Shown here in pieces: positions 8,622-17,572 of a stretch of 32,000 nt of DNA (position 1 is its first letter; each line of letters begins with the position of its first letter). The notes below the pieces were generated by a model. The model had not been told where the DNA came from. It worked only from the letters and a program-made list of their open reading frames with translations, and made no database searches. This DNA comes from Acinetobacter wanghuae (lineage in GTDB: Bacteria; Pseudomonadota; Gammaproteobacteria; Pseudomonadales; Moraxellaceae), in NCBI RefSeq assembly GCF_009557235.1, contig NZ_CP045650.1, forward strand, positions 1,290,001 to 1,322,000, written 5' to 3'. A program made the translations under genes and the position numbers.

Positions 8622-11600
8622 ATGTTCCAACAAGAAATTTCCCAACTCAATTTATCTAAACTAAAATCTGGCGAAAAACGCTGGTTGGGTAACCTACAAG
8701 GCTCATCGACGGCATTATTGCTTAAAGAGATTGCCAAGCAGCAAAAATGTTTATACATGATTGTCGCGCGCAATAATCAACATTTAAGCCAGTTAGAAAG
8801 CGAATTCGAGTTTTATGGGGTAAAACCGACCATTTTTCCAGATTGGGAAATTTTGCCTTACGATCGATTATCACCGCATCAAGACATTGTCTCTGAGCGA
8901 TTGGCGATTTTATCAAACATGCCGAAAACAGGAGTGTTGTTGGTTTCAGCCTCGACCTTAGCGCAGCGTGTGGCACCGACCTCATGGGTATTGGGAGAAC
9001 ATTTTGATATCCATGTCGGGCAAAAATTCGATTTAGAGCAACAAAAGAAAAAATTGATTCAAGCGGGCTATCACTTGGTAGATACCGTTTATGATCATGG
9101 TGAATTTGCTGTACGTGGCAGTATTATTGATATTTATGCTTCAGGGCAAGCAGCACCGATTCGCATTGATCTATTTGATGATGAAATTGAAACACTGAAA
9201 TTTTTTGATGCTGAAACCCAGCGCACCACTCAAACACTCGAACATTTTACCGTTTTGCCTGCACAGGAATTTCCACTCAAAGAAGGGCGTGCAACCTTCC
9301 GCGATCGTTATGCGGAATTTTTCCCCACGGCAAATCCCAAGAAAAATCCGATTTATCAAGATGTTCTTGATGGCATTGCATCACCGGGGATCGAGTTCTA
9401 TTTGCCGCTATTTTTTGATGCAACGGCAATGAAAACCCAAAGTAGTCTACTATCGTACTTACCAAGTCATACCATTGTCATTACAGATAAGTCCTTAGAA
9501 GAGGGATTAAACCAATTTTGGGCGGATGTAGAACGCCGTTATGACGATCGTCGTTATAATGTTGATCAGCCCATTGTTGCACCTGATGCGTTATTTTTAT
9601 CGACCCATCAAATTTTAGAACAACTCAATCATTTTGGGCGTTTTATTGCAGCGCAAGAGCCATTTGAGCCTAAAGCAGGCGTGATTAATTTAAATGCCGA
9701 TGTTCCACCCCGTTTAGCGGTCGACCCAAAACAAGAAAAGCCATTTGCACTCGTTAAACAATATATTGATGCAGCCAATCATCCGGTCTTATTGGTGGCT
9801 GAAAGTGCAGGTCGCCGTGAAACACTAAAAGACGCATTGCGTTCAAGTTTGGGTGACATTCCAACCGTTGATAGTTTTGATGATTTTATTGAGTCTTTGC
9901 ATGCGATTGCGATCACCAATGCACCTTTGGATCGCGGTTTAGAACTCAAAGACAAACTGAGTATCATTTCTGAAAATCAGCTCTATGAGCATCGCGTGGT
10001 GCAGCGCCGTCGTAAACGTCAGCAAGAAGTCTCTGAAGAGTTCTTGGTGCGTAGCTTAACGGAACTGTCTATTGGCGCGCCTGTGGTACATATCGATTAT
10101 GGTGTGGGGCGTTATGCGGGCTTAATTACTTTAAGTATTGACGATCAAGATCACGAATTTTTGCAACTTGACTATGCGGATGCGGCAAAAGTGTATGTCC
10201 CCGTGACTAATTTACATTTAATTAGTCGTTATAGCGGTGGTGATCCCGACCTAGCGCCATTACATAAACTCGGCACGGATGCATGGTCAAAAGCGAAGCG
10301 TAAGGCTTTAGAACAAATTCATGATGTTGCAGCTGAGCTGTTGCATATTCAGGCACGTCGTGCGGCAAAACCAGGGATTCATTTTGAGCTTGATCAATCC
10401 TTGTATATGCAGTTTGCCAGTGGCTTTGCTTATGAGGAAACGCTCGATCAAGCCAATGCCATTGAAGCCACACTCTATGATATGCGACAAGCTAAACCGA
10501 TGGATCGCTTGGTTTGTGGTGATGTCGGCTTTGGTAAGACTGAAGTTGCGATGCGTGCGGCTTTTGTCGCTGTACAAAATAATCGCCAAGTGGCGGTGTT
10601 AGTGCCGACCACTTTGCTTGCCCAACAGCACTATGAATCTTTTAAAGATCGTTTTGCCGATTGGCCTGTACGCATTGAAGTACTATCGCGTTTTGGTTCA
10701 TCGAAAACCCATACCAAAACGATTGATGATTTAGCCGATGGTAAAGTCGATATTGTGATTGGTACACATAAAATTCTGCAAGAAAATATCAAATTTAATA
10801 ATCTTGGTTTGATGATTGTTGATGAAGAACATCGCTTCGGGGTACGTGACAAAGAACGGATTAAAGCCTTGCGTGCGGATGTTGATATGCTGACGCTCAC
10901 GGCGACACCGATTCCACGTACCTTAAATATGGCATTTAGTGGGATGCGTGATTTATCGATTATTGCCACACCACCTGCACGTCGTCTAGCCGTCAAAACC
11001 TTCGTACAGGAGCAAACTGGCGATTCGGTTAAAGAAGCGATTCTACGAGAATTACTGCGTGGTGGTCAGGTGTATTTCCTGCATAACGATGTCGATACGA
11101 TTGAACGTACTGCGGAAAATTTACGCGAACTTGTGCCTGAAGCACGTGTTGCAGTCGCACATGGACAAATGCGGGAACGTGAACTCGAGCAAGTCATGCA
11201 GCAGTTCTATCATAAAGAATATAACGTTTTAGTCTGTTCAACCATTATTGAAACAGGGATCGATGTACCGAGTGCCAATACCATTATTATCGAACGGGCA
11301 GATAAATTGGGCTTGGCGCAGCTTCATCAATTACGTGGTCGTGTCGGTCGTTCGCATCATCAAGCCTATGCTTATTTATTGGTTCCCTCTATTAAGGGTT
11401 TAAAAGGCGATGCCGAAAAGCGCTTAGATGCCATTCAACGTGCTTCTAATTTGGGTGCGGGTTTTATGCTTGCCACCGAAGATTTAGAAATTCGTGGTGC
11501 CGGTGAATTATTGGGTGAGCAGCAAAGTGGTTCTATGCAAGCGATTGGTTATAGCTTGTATATGGAAATGCTTGAAAAAGCCACTAAAGCGATTCAAAAA

Positions 11601-12080
11601 GGTAAAACCCCGAACTTCGATGCGCCGCTTTCATTGACTGCCGAAATTAACTTACATATGCCAGCACTTATTCCAGATGATTACTTGGGTGATGTGCATC
11701 AACGCTTATTGTTCTATAAGCGTATTAGTAATACTGATAGCCGAGATAAACTCGATAATATTCGCATGGAATTGATTGATCGCTTTGGTATTCCACCACA
11801 ATCAGTGAAACAACTCTTTGCGGTACATCAAATCCGTTTGAAAGCGGAGCAGTTGGGTATCACCAAAGTTGATATTAGTCAGCAAGGCGGACATATTGAA
11901 TTTGCACCAGATACTCCGGTTCAAGCGGTGACCATTATTCAAATGATGCAGAAACATCCGACCTATTTCCGTATGAACGGTGGGCAGCGTTTGAAAATTA
12001 TGGTCATGCTTGAGGATTACGAAAAACGCATACAGTTTATTCAAGATTTATTAGATAGTCTGTTGAAAGAATTGCACTAA
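8622..12080 (+). CDS. mfd: Transcription-repair coupling factor Mfd
   Basis: 1152 aa. Carries a UvrB-homology N-terminus, a CarD/RNAP-interaction region, and superfamily-2 helicase motifs (GDVGFGKTEVAMRAAF, DEEHRFGV, LTLTATPIPRTL, QLHQLRGRVGRS), plus a TRCF C-terminal domain. Confidence 0.97.
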   Translation: MFQQEISQLNLSKLKSGEKRWLGNLQGSSTALLLKEIAKQQKCLYMIVARNNQHLSQLESEFEFYGVKPTIFPDWEILPYDRLSPHQDIVSERLAILSNMPKTGVLLVSASTLAQRVAPTSWVLGEHFDIHVGQKFDLEQQKKKLIQAGYHLVDTVYDHGEFAVRGSIIDIYASGQAAPIRIDLFDDEIETLKFFDAETQRTTQTLEHFTVLPAQEFPLKEGRATFRDRYAEFFPTANPKKNPIYQDVLDGIASPGIEFYLPLFFDATAMKTQSSLLSYLPSHTIVITDKSLEEGLNQFWADVERRYDDRRYNVDQPIVAPDALFLSTHQILEQLNHFGRFIAAQEPFEPKAGVINLNADVPPRLAVDPKQEKPFALVKQYIDAANHPVLLVAESAGRRETLKDALRSSLGDIPTVDSFDDFIESLHAIAITNAPLDRGLELKDKLSIISENQLYEHRVVQRRRKRQQEVSEEFLVRSLTELSIGAPVVHIDYGVGRYAGLITLSIDDQDHEFLQLDYADAAKVYVPVTNLHLISRYSGGDPDLAPLHKLGTDAWSKAKRKALEQIHDVAAELLHIQARRAAKPGIHFELDQSLYMQFASGFAYEETLDQANAIEATLYDMRQAKPMDRLVCGDVGFGKTEVAMRAAFVAVQNNRQVAVLVPTTLLAQQHYESFKDRFADWPVRIEVLSRFGSSKTHTKTIDDLADGKVDIVIGTHKILQENIKFNNLGLMIVDEEHRFGVRDKERIKALRADVDMLTLTATPIPRTLNMAFSGMRDLSIIATPPARRLAVKTFVQEQTGDSVKEAILRELLRGGQVYFLHNDVDTIERTAENLRELVPEARVAVAHGQMRERELEQVMQQFYHKEYNVLVCSTIIETGIDVPSANTIIIERADKLGLAQLHQLRGRVGRSHHQAYAYLLVPSIKGLKGDAEKRLDAIQRASNLGAGFMLATEDLEIRGAGELLGEQQSGSMQAIGYSLYMEMLEKATKAIQKGKTPNFDAPLSLTAEINLHMPALIPDDYLGDVHQRLLFYKRISNTDSRDKLDNIRMELIDRFGIPPQSVKQLFAVHQIRLKAEQLGITKVDISQQGGHIEFAPDTPVQAVTIIQMMQKHPTYFRMNGGQRLKIMVMLEDYEKRIQFIQDLLDSLLKELH

Positions 12081-12110
12081 TTGTCATTAGACTATGAGTG
12101 TAAAGTTCAT

Positions 12111-12172
12111 TCGCCTAAAGCGATTAAAGTCTTTCTTTTGAGAGGAAAGAAAGGCTTGATTAATTTAGGCGA
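12111..12172. repeat. 62-nt compound imperfect inverted repeat downstream of mfd (possible atypical terminator or protein-binding element)
   Basis: The outer arms are TCGCCTAAA (12111-12119) and TTTAGGCGA (12164-12172). The inner stem is CTTTCTTT (12131-12138) paired with AAAGAAAG (12146-12153) around a 7-nt loop. No U-tract follows. Confidence 0.45.
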
Positions 12173-12189
12173 TTGGGTAAAGTCTTAAT

Positions 12190-12205
12190 TGTGACAGAGA
12201 TCAAA
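12190..12205. promoter_or_regulatory. CRP/Vfr-like box TGTGA-N6-TCAAA
   Basis: TGTGA (12190-12194), cagaga, TCAAA (12201-12205). This matches 9 of 10 core positions of the TGTGA-N6-TCACA consensus. It lies 106-121 nt upstream of the HIT/cyclase operon ATG. Confidence 0.35.
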
Positions 12206-12209
12206 ACAA

Positions 12210-12229
12210 TAAATACAAATTTGTATTTA
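12210..12229. promoter_or_regulatory. 20-bp perfect palindrome TAAATACAAATTTGTATTTA (candidate operator)
   Basis: Perfect dyad symmetry over 12210-12229. It starts 4 nt after the CRP-like box and ends about 80 nt upstream of the HIT start codon. Confidence 0.4.
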
Positions 12230-12310
12230 AACACATTGCTTCCAATATTCAGCCTGTGTTGTATATGGTAGTATTAGCCATCATTCTAATTTTGCATCAT
12301 TTATAAAGAT

Positions 12311-12745
12311 ATGTTTAGTTTGCATCCACAACTTGCTCAAGATACTTTTTTTGTAGGCGACTTTCCTTTATCCACATGTCGTTTGATGAATGATATGCAA
12401 TTCCCTTGGCTGATTTTGGTTCCTCGTGTGCCAGGCGCCACCGAGTTATATGAATTAAGTCAAGCCGACCAAGAACAATTCTTGCGTGAATCAAGTTGGT
12501 TATCAAGTCAACTTTCTCGCGTATTCCGTGCAGATAAAATGAACGTTGCTGCACTTGGTAATATGGTACCGCAATTGCATTTCCATCACGTGGTTCGTTA
12601 CCAAAATGACGTGATGTGGCCAAAACCTGTTTGGGGTACACCTGCTGTTCCGTATAGCAGCGAAGTATTGGCACATATGCGTCAAACCTTGATGTTGGCG
12701 TTACGTGGTCAAGGAGATATGCCATTTGACTGGCGTATGGATTAA
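12311..12745 (+). CDS. HIT (histidine triad) superfamily protein
   Basis: 144 aa containing ...NVAALGNMVPQLHFHHVVRY..., which is the HIT-type His motif context. The N-terminal YPWLILVP-type segment (FPWLILVP) is typical of the proteobacterial small HIT family. Confidence 0.8.
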   Translation: MFSLHPQLAQDTFFVGDFPLSTCRLMNDMQFPWLILVPRVPGATELYELSQADQEQFLRESSWLSSQLSRVFRADKMNVAALGNMVPQLHFHHVVRYQNDVMWPKPVWGTPAVPYSSEVLAHMRQTLMLALRGQGDMPFDWRMD

Positions 12746-12790
12746 GATCCACTTTAGACCGTTGGCTATGTACTGCTCAGGAGTAAGTAA

Positions 12791-14281
12791 GTGCAAATAG
12801 ACGACTGGATTCATAAAGAACCGAAGCATTTTGAATATTTCCATCGCATGATGGGATATATCATGCTGTCTTTAGTGATTGTCGTCTATCATTACACTGA
12901 AGCTGACACCCAGTATCAAATTTTTGTTCCTTTCTTTCTCCTGTTTATTTTACTGATTACGCCACGTCTTTCTCGTGAACTGATTTATCGCTATAGCCAA
13001 AGACGAAAACGTAATGTCTTCTTTATGTTGGATATTACGGTCATTGCTGTGATTTTATCGGCAGTTCACTTGAATTTGGTGCTGTCATTGTTGGGCTTGG
13101 CAGCATTACTTTATACCGCGATCAGTAATAAAATTTCATTTCTAATGGTCGCCTTAGCAACCCTCATCGGGATTGCTATTTTTTATGTCTGTAATATTTT
13201 TATCTTTGGTTTTGGTGAGTATTTCGCGTCCACAAATAATGAATTAACCGTACTGGGTTTTTTATGTTTGTTTACCTATTTTGGGGTGGGCAATTTTTAT
13301 CAAAGCAGTCGCGTGCATTTTATATCACAGCAAAAGAAATATTATTACGACCAAATGAATCGTTATATGGAGTTTGCCAATCAACTGAGTCGTTATGCAC
13401 CACAGCAATTGTGGCAGTCGATTATGAAAGGCGAATCTGAAGCGAAAATTGAATATAAACGTAAAAAACTCACCGTTTTCTTCTCGGATATTCAAGGTTT
13501 TACCGAACTTTCAGAAACTTTAATTCCCGACGATTTGGCGTATTTACTCAATGACTATTTAAGTCATATGACCGAAATTGCCAAAAAATATGAAGCAACC
13601 GTAGATAAATTCATGGGTGATGCGATTTTGGTGTTTTTTGGTGACCCACATAGCCAAGGGGTCGAGCAAGATGCAAAAAGCTGTATGGAAATGGCGATTG
13701 CTATGCGTCAGCAAATGAAATTATTGCGCGAACGATGGGTCAAGATGGGTTATCCGCCGTTGCATATTCGTATGGGAATTTCAACAGGTTATTGCCACGT
13801 AGGGAACTATGGGGCGAATCATCGTATGGCGTATACCATTGTTGGTCGTGATGCAAACTTGGCGGCACGCTTACAAAGTGCAGCAGAAGTGGATGAAATT
13901 CTGATTTCTGAAGATACCCATAATTTAATTAAAAATGATTATTTATGTGCACCGAAAGCACCGATTTACTTAAAAGGAATTAAGCAACCTGTCCGCTCAT
14001 GGCAAGTGATGGAAAAATATAGTTCACGTAAAATGGATTATCAGCGTTGGTTTGATTATGAATATAAAGGCTTCCATCTATTGCTCAATTTAGATGAAGT
14101 ACAAAACTTTGAATATCCTGAACTGCTGCATGTGCTTGAAAAAATGACACAGCGTATTCAAACGCAACAACAATTGACCAATGCGGAAGGGATTGTAAAA
14201 CTCAATATCGAAGATGAAGTCATTCAAATTGAACCGGTAGAAGTCAAAGAAACTCAGGCTGAAAAATCAAATGTGATGTAA
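12791..14281 (+). CDS. Membrane-anchored class III (IIIb-like) adenylate cyclase, CyaB-like architecture
   Basis: GTG start with AGGAG 7 nt upstream. About six hydrophobic helices span residues 20-170. The cyclase homology domain follows, with metal Asp residues (VFFSDIQGF, FMGDAILVFFG), Lys (DKFMGD) and Thr (AYTIVG) at the specificity positions, and Asn/Arg in RDANLAARLQS. About 90 C-terminal residues are unassigned. Confidence 0.88.
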   Translation: MQIDDWIHKEPKHFEYFHRMMGYIMLSLVIVVYHYTEADTQYQIFVPFFLLFILLITPRLSRELIYRYSQRRKRNVFFMLDITVIAVILSAVHLNLVLSLLGLAALLYTAISNKISFLMVALATLIGIAIFYVCNIFIFGFGEYFASTNNELTVLGFLCLFTYFGVGNFYQSSRVHFISQQKKYYYDQMNRYMEFANQLSRYAPQQLWQSIMKGESEAKIEYKRKKLTVFFSDIQGFTELSETLIPDDLAYLLNDYLSHMTEIAKKYEATVDKFMGDAILVFFGDPHSQGVEQDAKSCMEMAIAMRQQMKLLRERWVKMGYPPLHIRMGISTGYCHVGNYGANHRMAYTIVGRDANLAARLQSAAEVDEILISEDTHNLIKNDYLCAPKAPIYLKGIKQPVRSWQVMEKYSSRKMDYQRWFDYEYKGFHLLLNLDEVQNFEYPELLHVLEKMTQRIQTQQQLTNAEGIVKLNIEDEVIQIEPVEVKETQAEKSNVM

Positions 14282-14294
14282 ATAAAGTTAATCT

Positions 14295-14323
14295 AAAAAA
14301 ACCACGCATTGGCGTGGTTTTTT
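14295..14323. terminator. Bidirectional rho-independent terminator between the cyclase gene and fdx
   Basis: AAAAAAA-CCACGC-attg-GCGTGG-TTTTTT, located between convergent stops at 14281 and 14340. Confidence 0.85.
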
Positions 14324-14339
14324 CGTTATAACATTCAGC

Positions 14340-14678
14340 TTAGTGATTTTCAGAAGCATGATTAATCGTGTACTTCGGAATTTCAACTTCTAGGTCTTCA
14401 TTAACCAATTTGACTTGGCAAGACAGGCGAGAGTCGGGTTCTAAGCCCCAAGCACGATCAAGTAAGTCAGCTTCTACGTCGTTCATTTCATCTAGACTAT
14501 CAAAGCCTTTACGTACAACGACATGGCAAGTTGTACATGCAGCTGACATATCACAGGCATGTTCAATTTTGATGCCATTGTTAAGTAAGCTTTCGCATAA
14601 ATTGGCATTTGGCTCAACTTCAAACTCAGCGCCTTCAGGGCAAATTTGCGCATGTGGAAGAACTTTAATACGTGGCAT
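14340..14678 (-). CDS. fdx: ISC-system [2Fe-2S] ferredoxin Fdx
   Basis: 112 aa of adrenodoxin type, with Cys ligands in CDMSAACTTCHV and a distal SRLSCQV. It is the last gene of the isc operon. No iscX-like ORF follows. Confidence 0.93.
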   Translation of the reverse strand: MPRIKVLPHAQICPEGAEFEVEPNANLCESLLNNGIKIEHACDMSAACTTCHVVVRKGFDSLDEMNDVEADLLDRAWGLEPDSRLSCQVKLVNEDLEVEIPKYTINHASENH

Positions 14679-14693
14679 AATCTTTACCTTAAA

Positions 14694-16553
14694 TTAATTT
14701 GAGTTTGACCAGTCATCAAGCTTAGTGCCTTTCAATGCGGCATCAATGTGCTGATTCATACGTGCTGCGGCAAATGCATCACTGTGTATTTTAAGCTGTT
14801 CGATGGCAGATTCAATGCTTTTGATGTCTGAGCCTTGAAGCTCATTTTCAAGTTGTGCTTGTGCAGACTGTAATTTTTGCAATTGATCAGCAGATAAAAG
14901 CTGAGCATCCACTTTTAATGCTTGTACCAAGGCTTCAAGTTCGCGTTTTGCTTCAACTTTGGTTTCATTGAGGTGACGAAGATTTTTATCTTCTTCCGCA
15001 AATTTATAACCTTCAATTAACAAACGCTCAGTATCTGCATCAGACAAGCCATACGATGGCTTAATATCGATTTGCGCACTGACACCTGATGTGGTTTCTT
15101 TGGCAGAAACAGTGAGTAAACCATCTGCATCAACTTGATAAGTCACTTCAATGCGAGCTTGACCCGCAGTCATTGGCGGAATGCCACGCAATACAAAACG
15201 ACCCAAGCTACGACAATGTTCAACCAAGTCACGTTCACCTTGGATCACGTGAATGAGCATTGCAGTTTGACCATCCTGATAAGTGGTGAATTCTTGGCGA
15301 CGTGCGACAGGAATAGCGGTATTACGTGAAATTAGACGTTCCACCAAACCACCCATTGTCTCAATACCAAGCGACAGTGGAGTCACATCTAGTAATAAAG
15401 AGCCATCTGTGCTGTTACCAATGAGTTGATTCGCTGTAATGGATGCGCCAATGGCAACTACTTCATCCGGGTTGATGGTACACAGTGGTTCTTGGTTAAA
15501 TACCTCACGCACCGCTTTTTGTACGGCATATGAACGTGTTGAGCCACCAACAAGTACAACGTTTTGAATATCATCCAATTCAAGCTTGGCATCACGCATT
15601 ACACGTTTGCATACGCTGATGGTTTTATCTAGAGCGACTTTGATGATGTCTTCAAATGTAGCACGATCTAAATCTAAGCGATGTTCTAAGAATTGAAGCG
15701 TGGTAGATTCAGCATCGGATAAGGCTTCTTTGGCTTTACGTGCAGCGACAATGAAATGTGCATATTCAGCATCATTTAATGTCTCGATATTGAGTTGTTT
15801 TTTTGCCCATTTCAAAATCAAACGGTCAAGATCATCACCACCTAGTGCAGTGTGTCCACCCGTTGCTAAAACTTCAAAAACACCTTGGCTAAAACGTAAA
15901 ATTGAAACATCAAAAGTACCGCCACCTAAGTCATAAATCACATAGTTACGATCAGTACTTAAGTTGGTTTCTTGGTCTAAACCATAAGCAACCGCAGCAG
16001 CAGTGGGCTCATTCAATAAACGTAGCACGTTCAAGCCTGCAAGCTGTGCAGCATCGCGAGTCGCTTGGCGCTGCGCTTCATCAAAATAAGCAGGTACGGT
16101 AATGACTGCACCATTCACTTCATTTTTAAGGCTGGCTTCTGCACGCACTTTCAGTTGCTTGAGTAAGTCCGCTGAAATTTCAACAGGGGTTTTACGACCT
16201 TGTGCTGTTTCAAATGCAGGCATTTCATTCGCTTCACCCACAAGTGCGTAAGGGTGTTGGAATTTAATATCGGTTGCAGAACGCCCCATGAAACGCTTCA
16301 CTGAAACCACTGTATTTTTAGGGTCAGAAGTGACAAATGGCACAGCATCGTAGCCTAAAATGGTATCTTGGGCTTTATAGTGAACAATTGAAGGGAGGAG
16401 GACTCGACCTTGTTCATCATGAAGAACTTTGGCTTTACCTGAAAGAACCGTGGCAACCAAAGAGTGGGTGGTGCCTAAATCGATACCAATCGCAATGCGG
16501 TGTTCATGTGGTGCACTTGATTGACCTGGTTCTGCAATTTGCAAGAGAGCCAT
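14694..16553 (-). CDS. hscA: Fe-S cluster assembly Hsp70-type chaperone HscA
   Basis: N-terminus [12 protein letters not shown]...[13 protein letters not shown] matches E. coli HscA. Hsp70 ATPase motifs are present ([18 protein letters not shown]). Confidence 0.96.
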   Translation of the reverse strand: MALLQIAEPGQSSAPHEHRIAIGIDLGTTHSLVATVLSGKAKVLHDEQGRVLLPSIVHYKAQDTILGYDAVPFVTSDPKNTVVSVKRFMGRSATDIKFQHPYALVGEANEMPAFETAQGRKTPVEISADLLKQLKVRAEASLKNEVNGAVITVPAYFDEAQRQATRDAAQLAGLNVLRLLNEPTAAAVAYGLDQETNLSTDRNYVIYDLGGGTFDVSILRFSQGVFEVLATGGHTALGGDDLDRLILKWAKKQLNIETLNDAEYAHFIVAARKAKEALSDAESTTLQFLEHRLDLDRATFEDIIKVALDKTISVCKRVMRDAKLELDDIQNVVLVGGSTRSYAVQKAVREVFNQEPLCTINPDEVVAIGASITANQLIGNSTDGSLLLDVTPLSLGIETMGGLVERLISRNTAIPVARRQEFTTYQDGQTAMLIHVIQGERDLVEHCRSLGRFVLRGIPPMTAGQARIEVTYQVDADGLLTVSAKETTSGVSAQIDIKPSYGLSDADTERLLIEGYKFAEEDKNLRHLNETKVEAKRELEALVQALKVDAQLLSADQLQKLQSAQAQLENELQGSDIKSIESAIEQLKIHSDAFAAARMNQHIDAALKGTKLDDWSNSN

Positions 16554-16599
16554 TGTGTTACATCCTTTGCACGTTAAATATAAATATTAAAAAGATATC

Positions 16600-17115
16600 T
16601 TAAAAATCGTCATCTAAATCAAAGTCATCATCATCTAAGAAGCGATCTTCTGCTTTCTCAATGTCTGCCATCACTTTGACAAAGAAACGTAATTTACGCA
16701 CGGTATCGCGTGCTTCGCCCCAATCTTCATCCGTATAATCAATCTTGAACTCACGGACCAAACCATCAATCCATTGTTGAACTTCAACTTTAAGGGAGGT
16801 GAGGTGGTCAGCTGAAGTCGCATCATCTAACTGTTCACGAATTTCTAAAGCATCTTGTAAAAATTCGAAATCACTGATCGATTGATCTAGATGGTAATCT
16901 TGTTTCTTTAAAGAAAGCAAATAAGCCGCACGGCTATCCACTGCAGATAATACTTTAAATGCTTGATTAATTTCACTTGATTGAATTAATGCTTGATCTT
17001 TATCTTCGGCTTTATCTGGATGATATTGTTGCTGCAACTTTAGAAATTCAGACTTTAACGCTGCCAAATCAATATCGAGTGTGACAGGAAGATTGAACAA
17101 CTCAAAATGATTCAT
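16600..17115 (-). CDS. hscB: Fe-S cluster co-chaperone HscB (J-domain)
   Basis: MNHFELFNLP...QQQYHPDK J-domain with HPD, collinear with E. coli HscB (171 aa). The ORF-track start at 17163 adds 16 unsupported residues, so the ATG at 17115 was chosen. Confidence 0.9.
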   Translation of the reverse strand: MNHFELFNLPVTLDIDLAALKSEFLKLQQQYHPDKAEDKDQALIQSSEINQAFKVLSAVDSRAAYLLSLKKQDYHLDQSISDFEFLQDALEIREQLDDATSADHLTSLKVEVQQWIDGLVREFKIDYTDEDWGEARDTVRKLRFFVKVMADIEKAEDRFLDDDDFDLDDDF

Positions 17116-17163
17116 GGGAGATCGGATCCGCGATTGTTGTGCAAAATAGGAATCTAAATACAA

Positions 17164-17192
17164 TTAAAACAGTGTGATGCACACTGTTTTAA
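17164..17192. terminator. Perfect 13-bp stem-loop between iscA and hscB (candidate intra-operon attenuator or RNA-stability element)
   Basis: TTAAAACAGTGTG-atg-CACACTGTTTTAA. The core stem is CAGTGTG/CACACTG. In the transcribed (minus) sense it is followed by UUUUAAUU. It lies in the 102-nt iscA-hscB spacer. Confidence 0.5.
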
Positions 17193-17217
17193 TGTTAAAA
17201 AACGAATAATTAATGGG

Positions 17218-17538
17218 TTAAACAGTGAATGATTCACCACAACCACATTCGCCTTTTTTATTGGGGTTGTTAAATTCGAAGCCTTCATTTAAGCCATTTT
17301 TAACATAGTCCATCTCCATACCTTCAAGATAAACCAGACTTTTGGGGTCAACGAATACTTTTACGCCAAACTGTTCAAAGCTTTGGTCATGGGTATCGAC
17401 TTCATCTACGAACTCGAGCACATAAGCCAAACCAGAACAGCCTGAAGTTTTCACACCAACGCGAATGCCTTCACCCTTACCGCGATTTTTTAAATAATTG
17501 CTGATATGAGTTGCAGCATTTTCAGTTAAATGGATCAT
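17218..17538 (-). CDS. iscA: Fe-S cluster insertion / A-type carrier protein IscA
   Basis: 106 aa with GCSG at [11 protein letters not shown] and the C-terminal CGCGESF motif. Confidence 0.95.
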   Translation of the reverse strand: MIHLTENAATHISNYLKNRGKGEGIRVGVKTSGCSGLAYVLEFVDEVDTHDQSFEQFGVKVFVDPKSLVYLEGMEMDYVKNGLNEGFEFNNPNKKGECGCGESFTV

Positions 17539-17572
17539 GAAAACTCCGTTAAAATTTCAGAACGTGGAACAA

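Noticed and set aside
12315-12752. A 145-aa ORF on the minus strand that is almost exactly co-extensive with the HIT gene (a mirror ORF).
   Set aside because: The plus-strand frame carries the HIT histidine motif and a family-typical N-terminus. The antisense product has no recognisable motif, no RBS and an odd composition. Long antisense frames free of stop codons arise readily opposite real genes. It would need Ribo-seq evidence to be revived.
12791-14281. Reading the cyclase as a Pycsar/CBASS-type antiphage nucleotide-signalling system.
   Set aside because: No adjacent effector is present (no cNMP-binding, TIR, patatin, nuclease or pore-type effector gene). The neighbours are housekeeping genes (mfd, isc). 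The architecture is a sensory membrane domain plus CHD with an adenine-type Lys, as in CyaB-like cAMP synthases. No mobile-element context is present.
16600-16641. The highly acidic HscB C-terminus FLDDDDFDLDDDF, reminiscent of SSB-type acidic-aromatic tips.
   Set aside because: From the trimmed start, overall length equals that of E. coli HscB (171 aa), which, as far as I recall, also ends in an acidic stretch terminating in ...LLDF. This is most simply a compositional variant of a conserved tail, not a new module.
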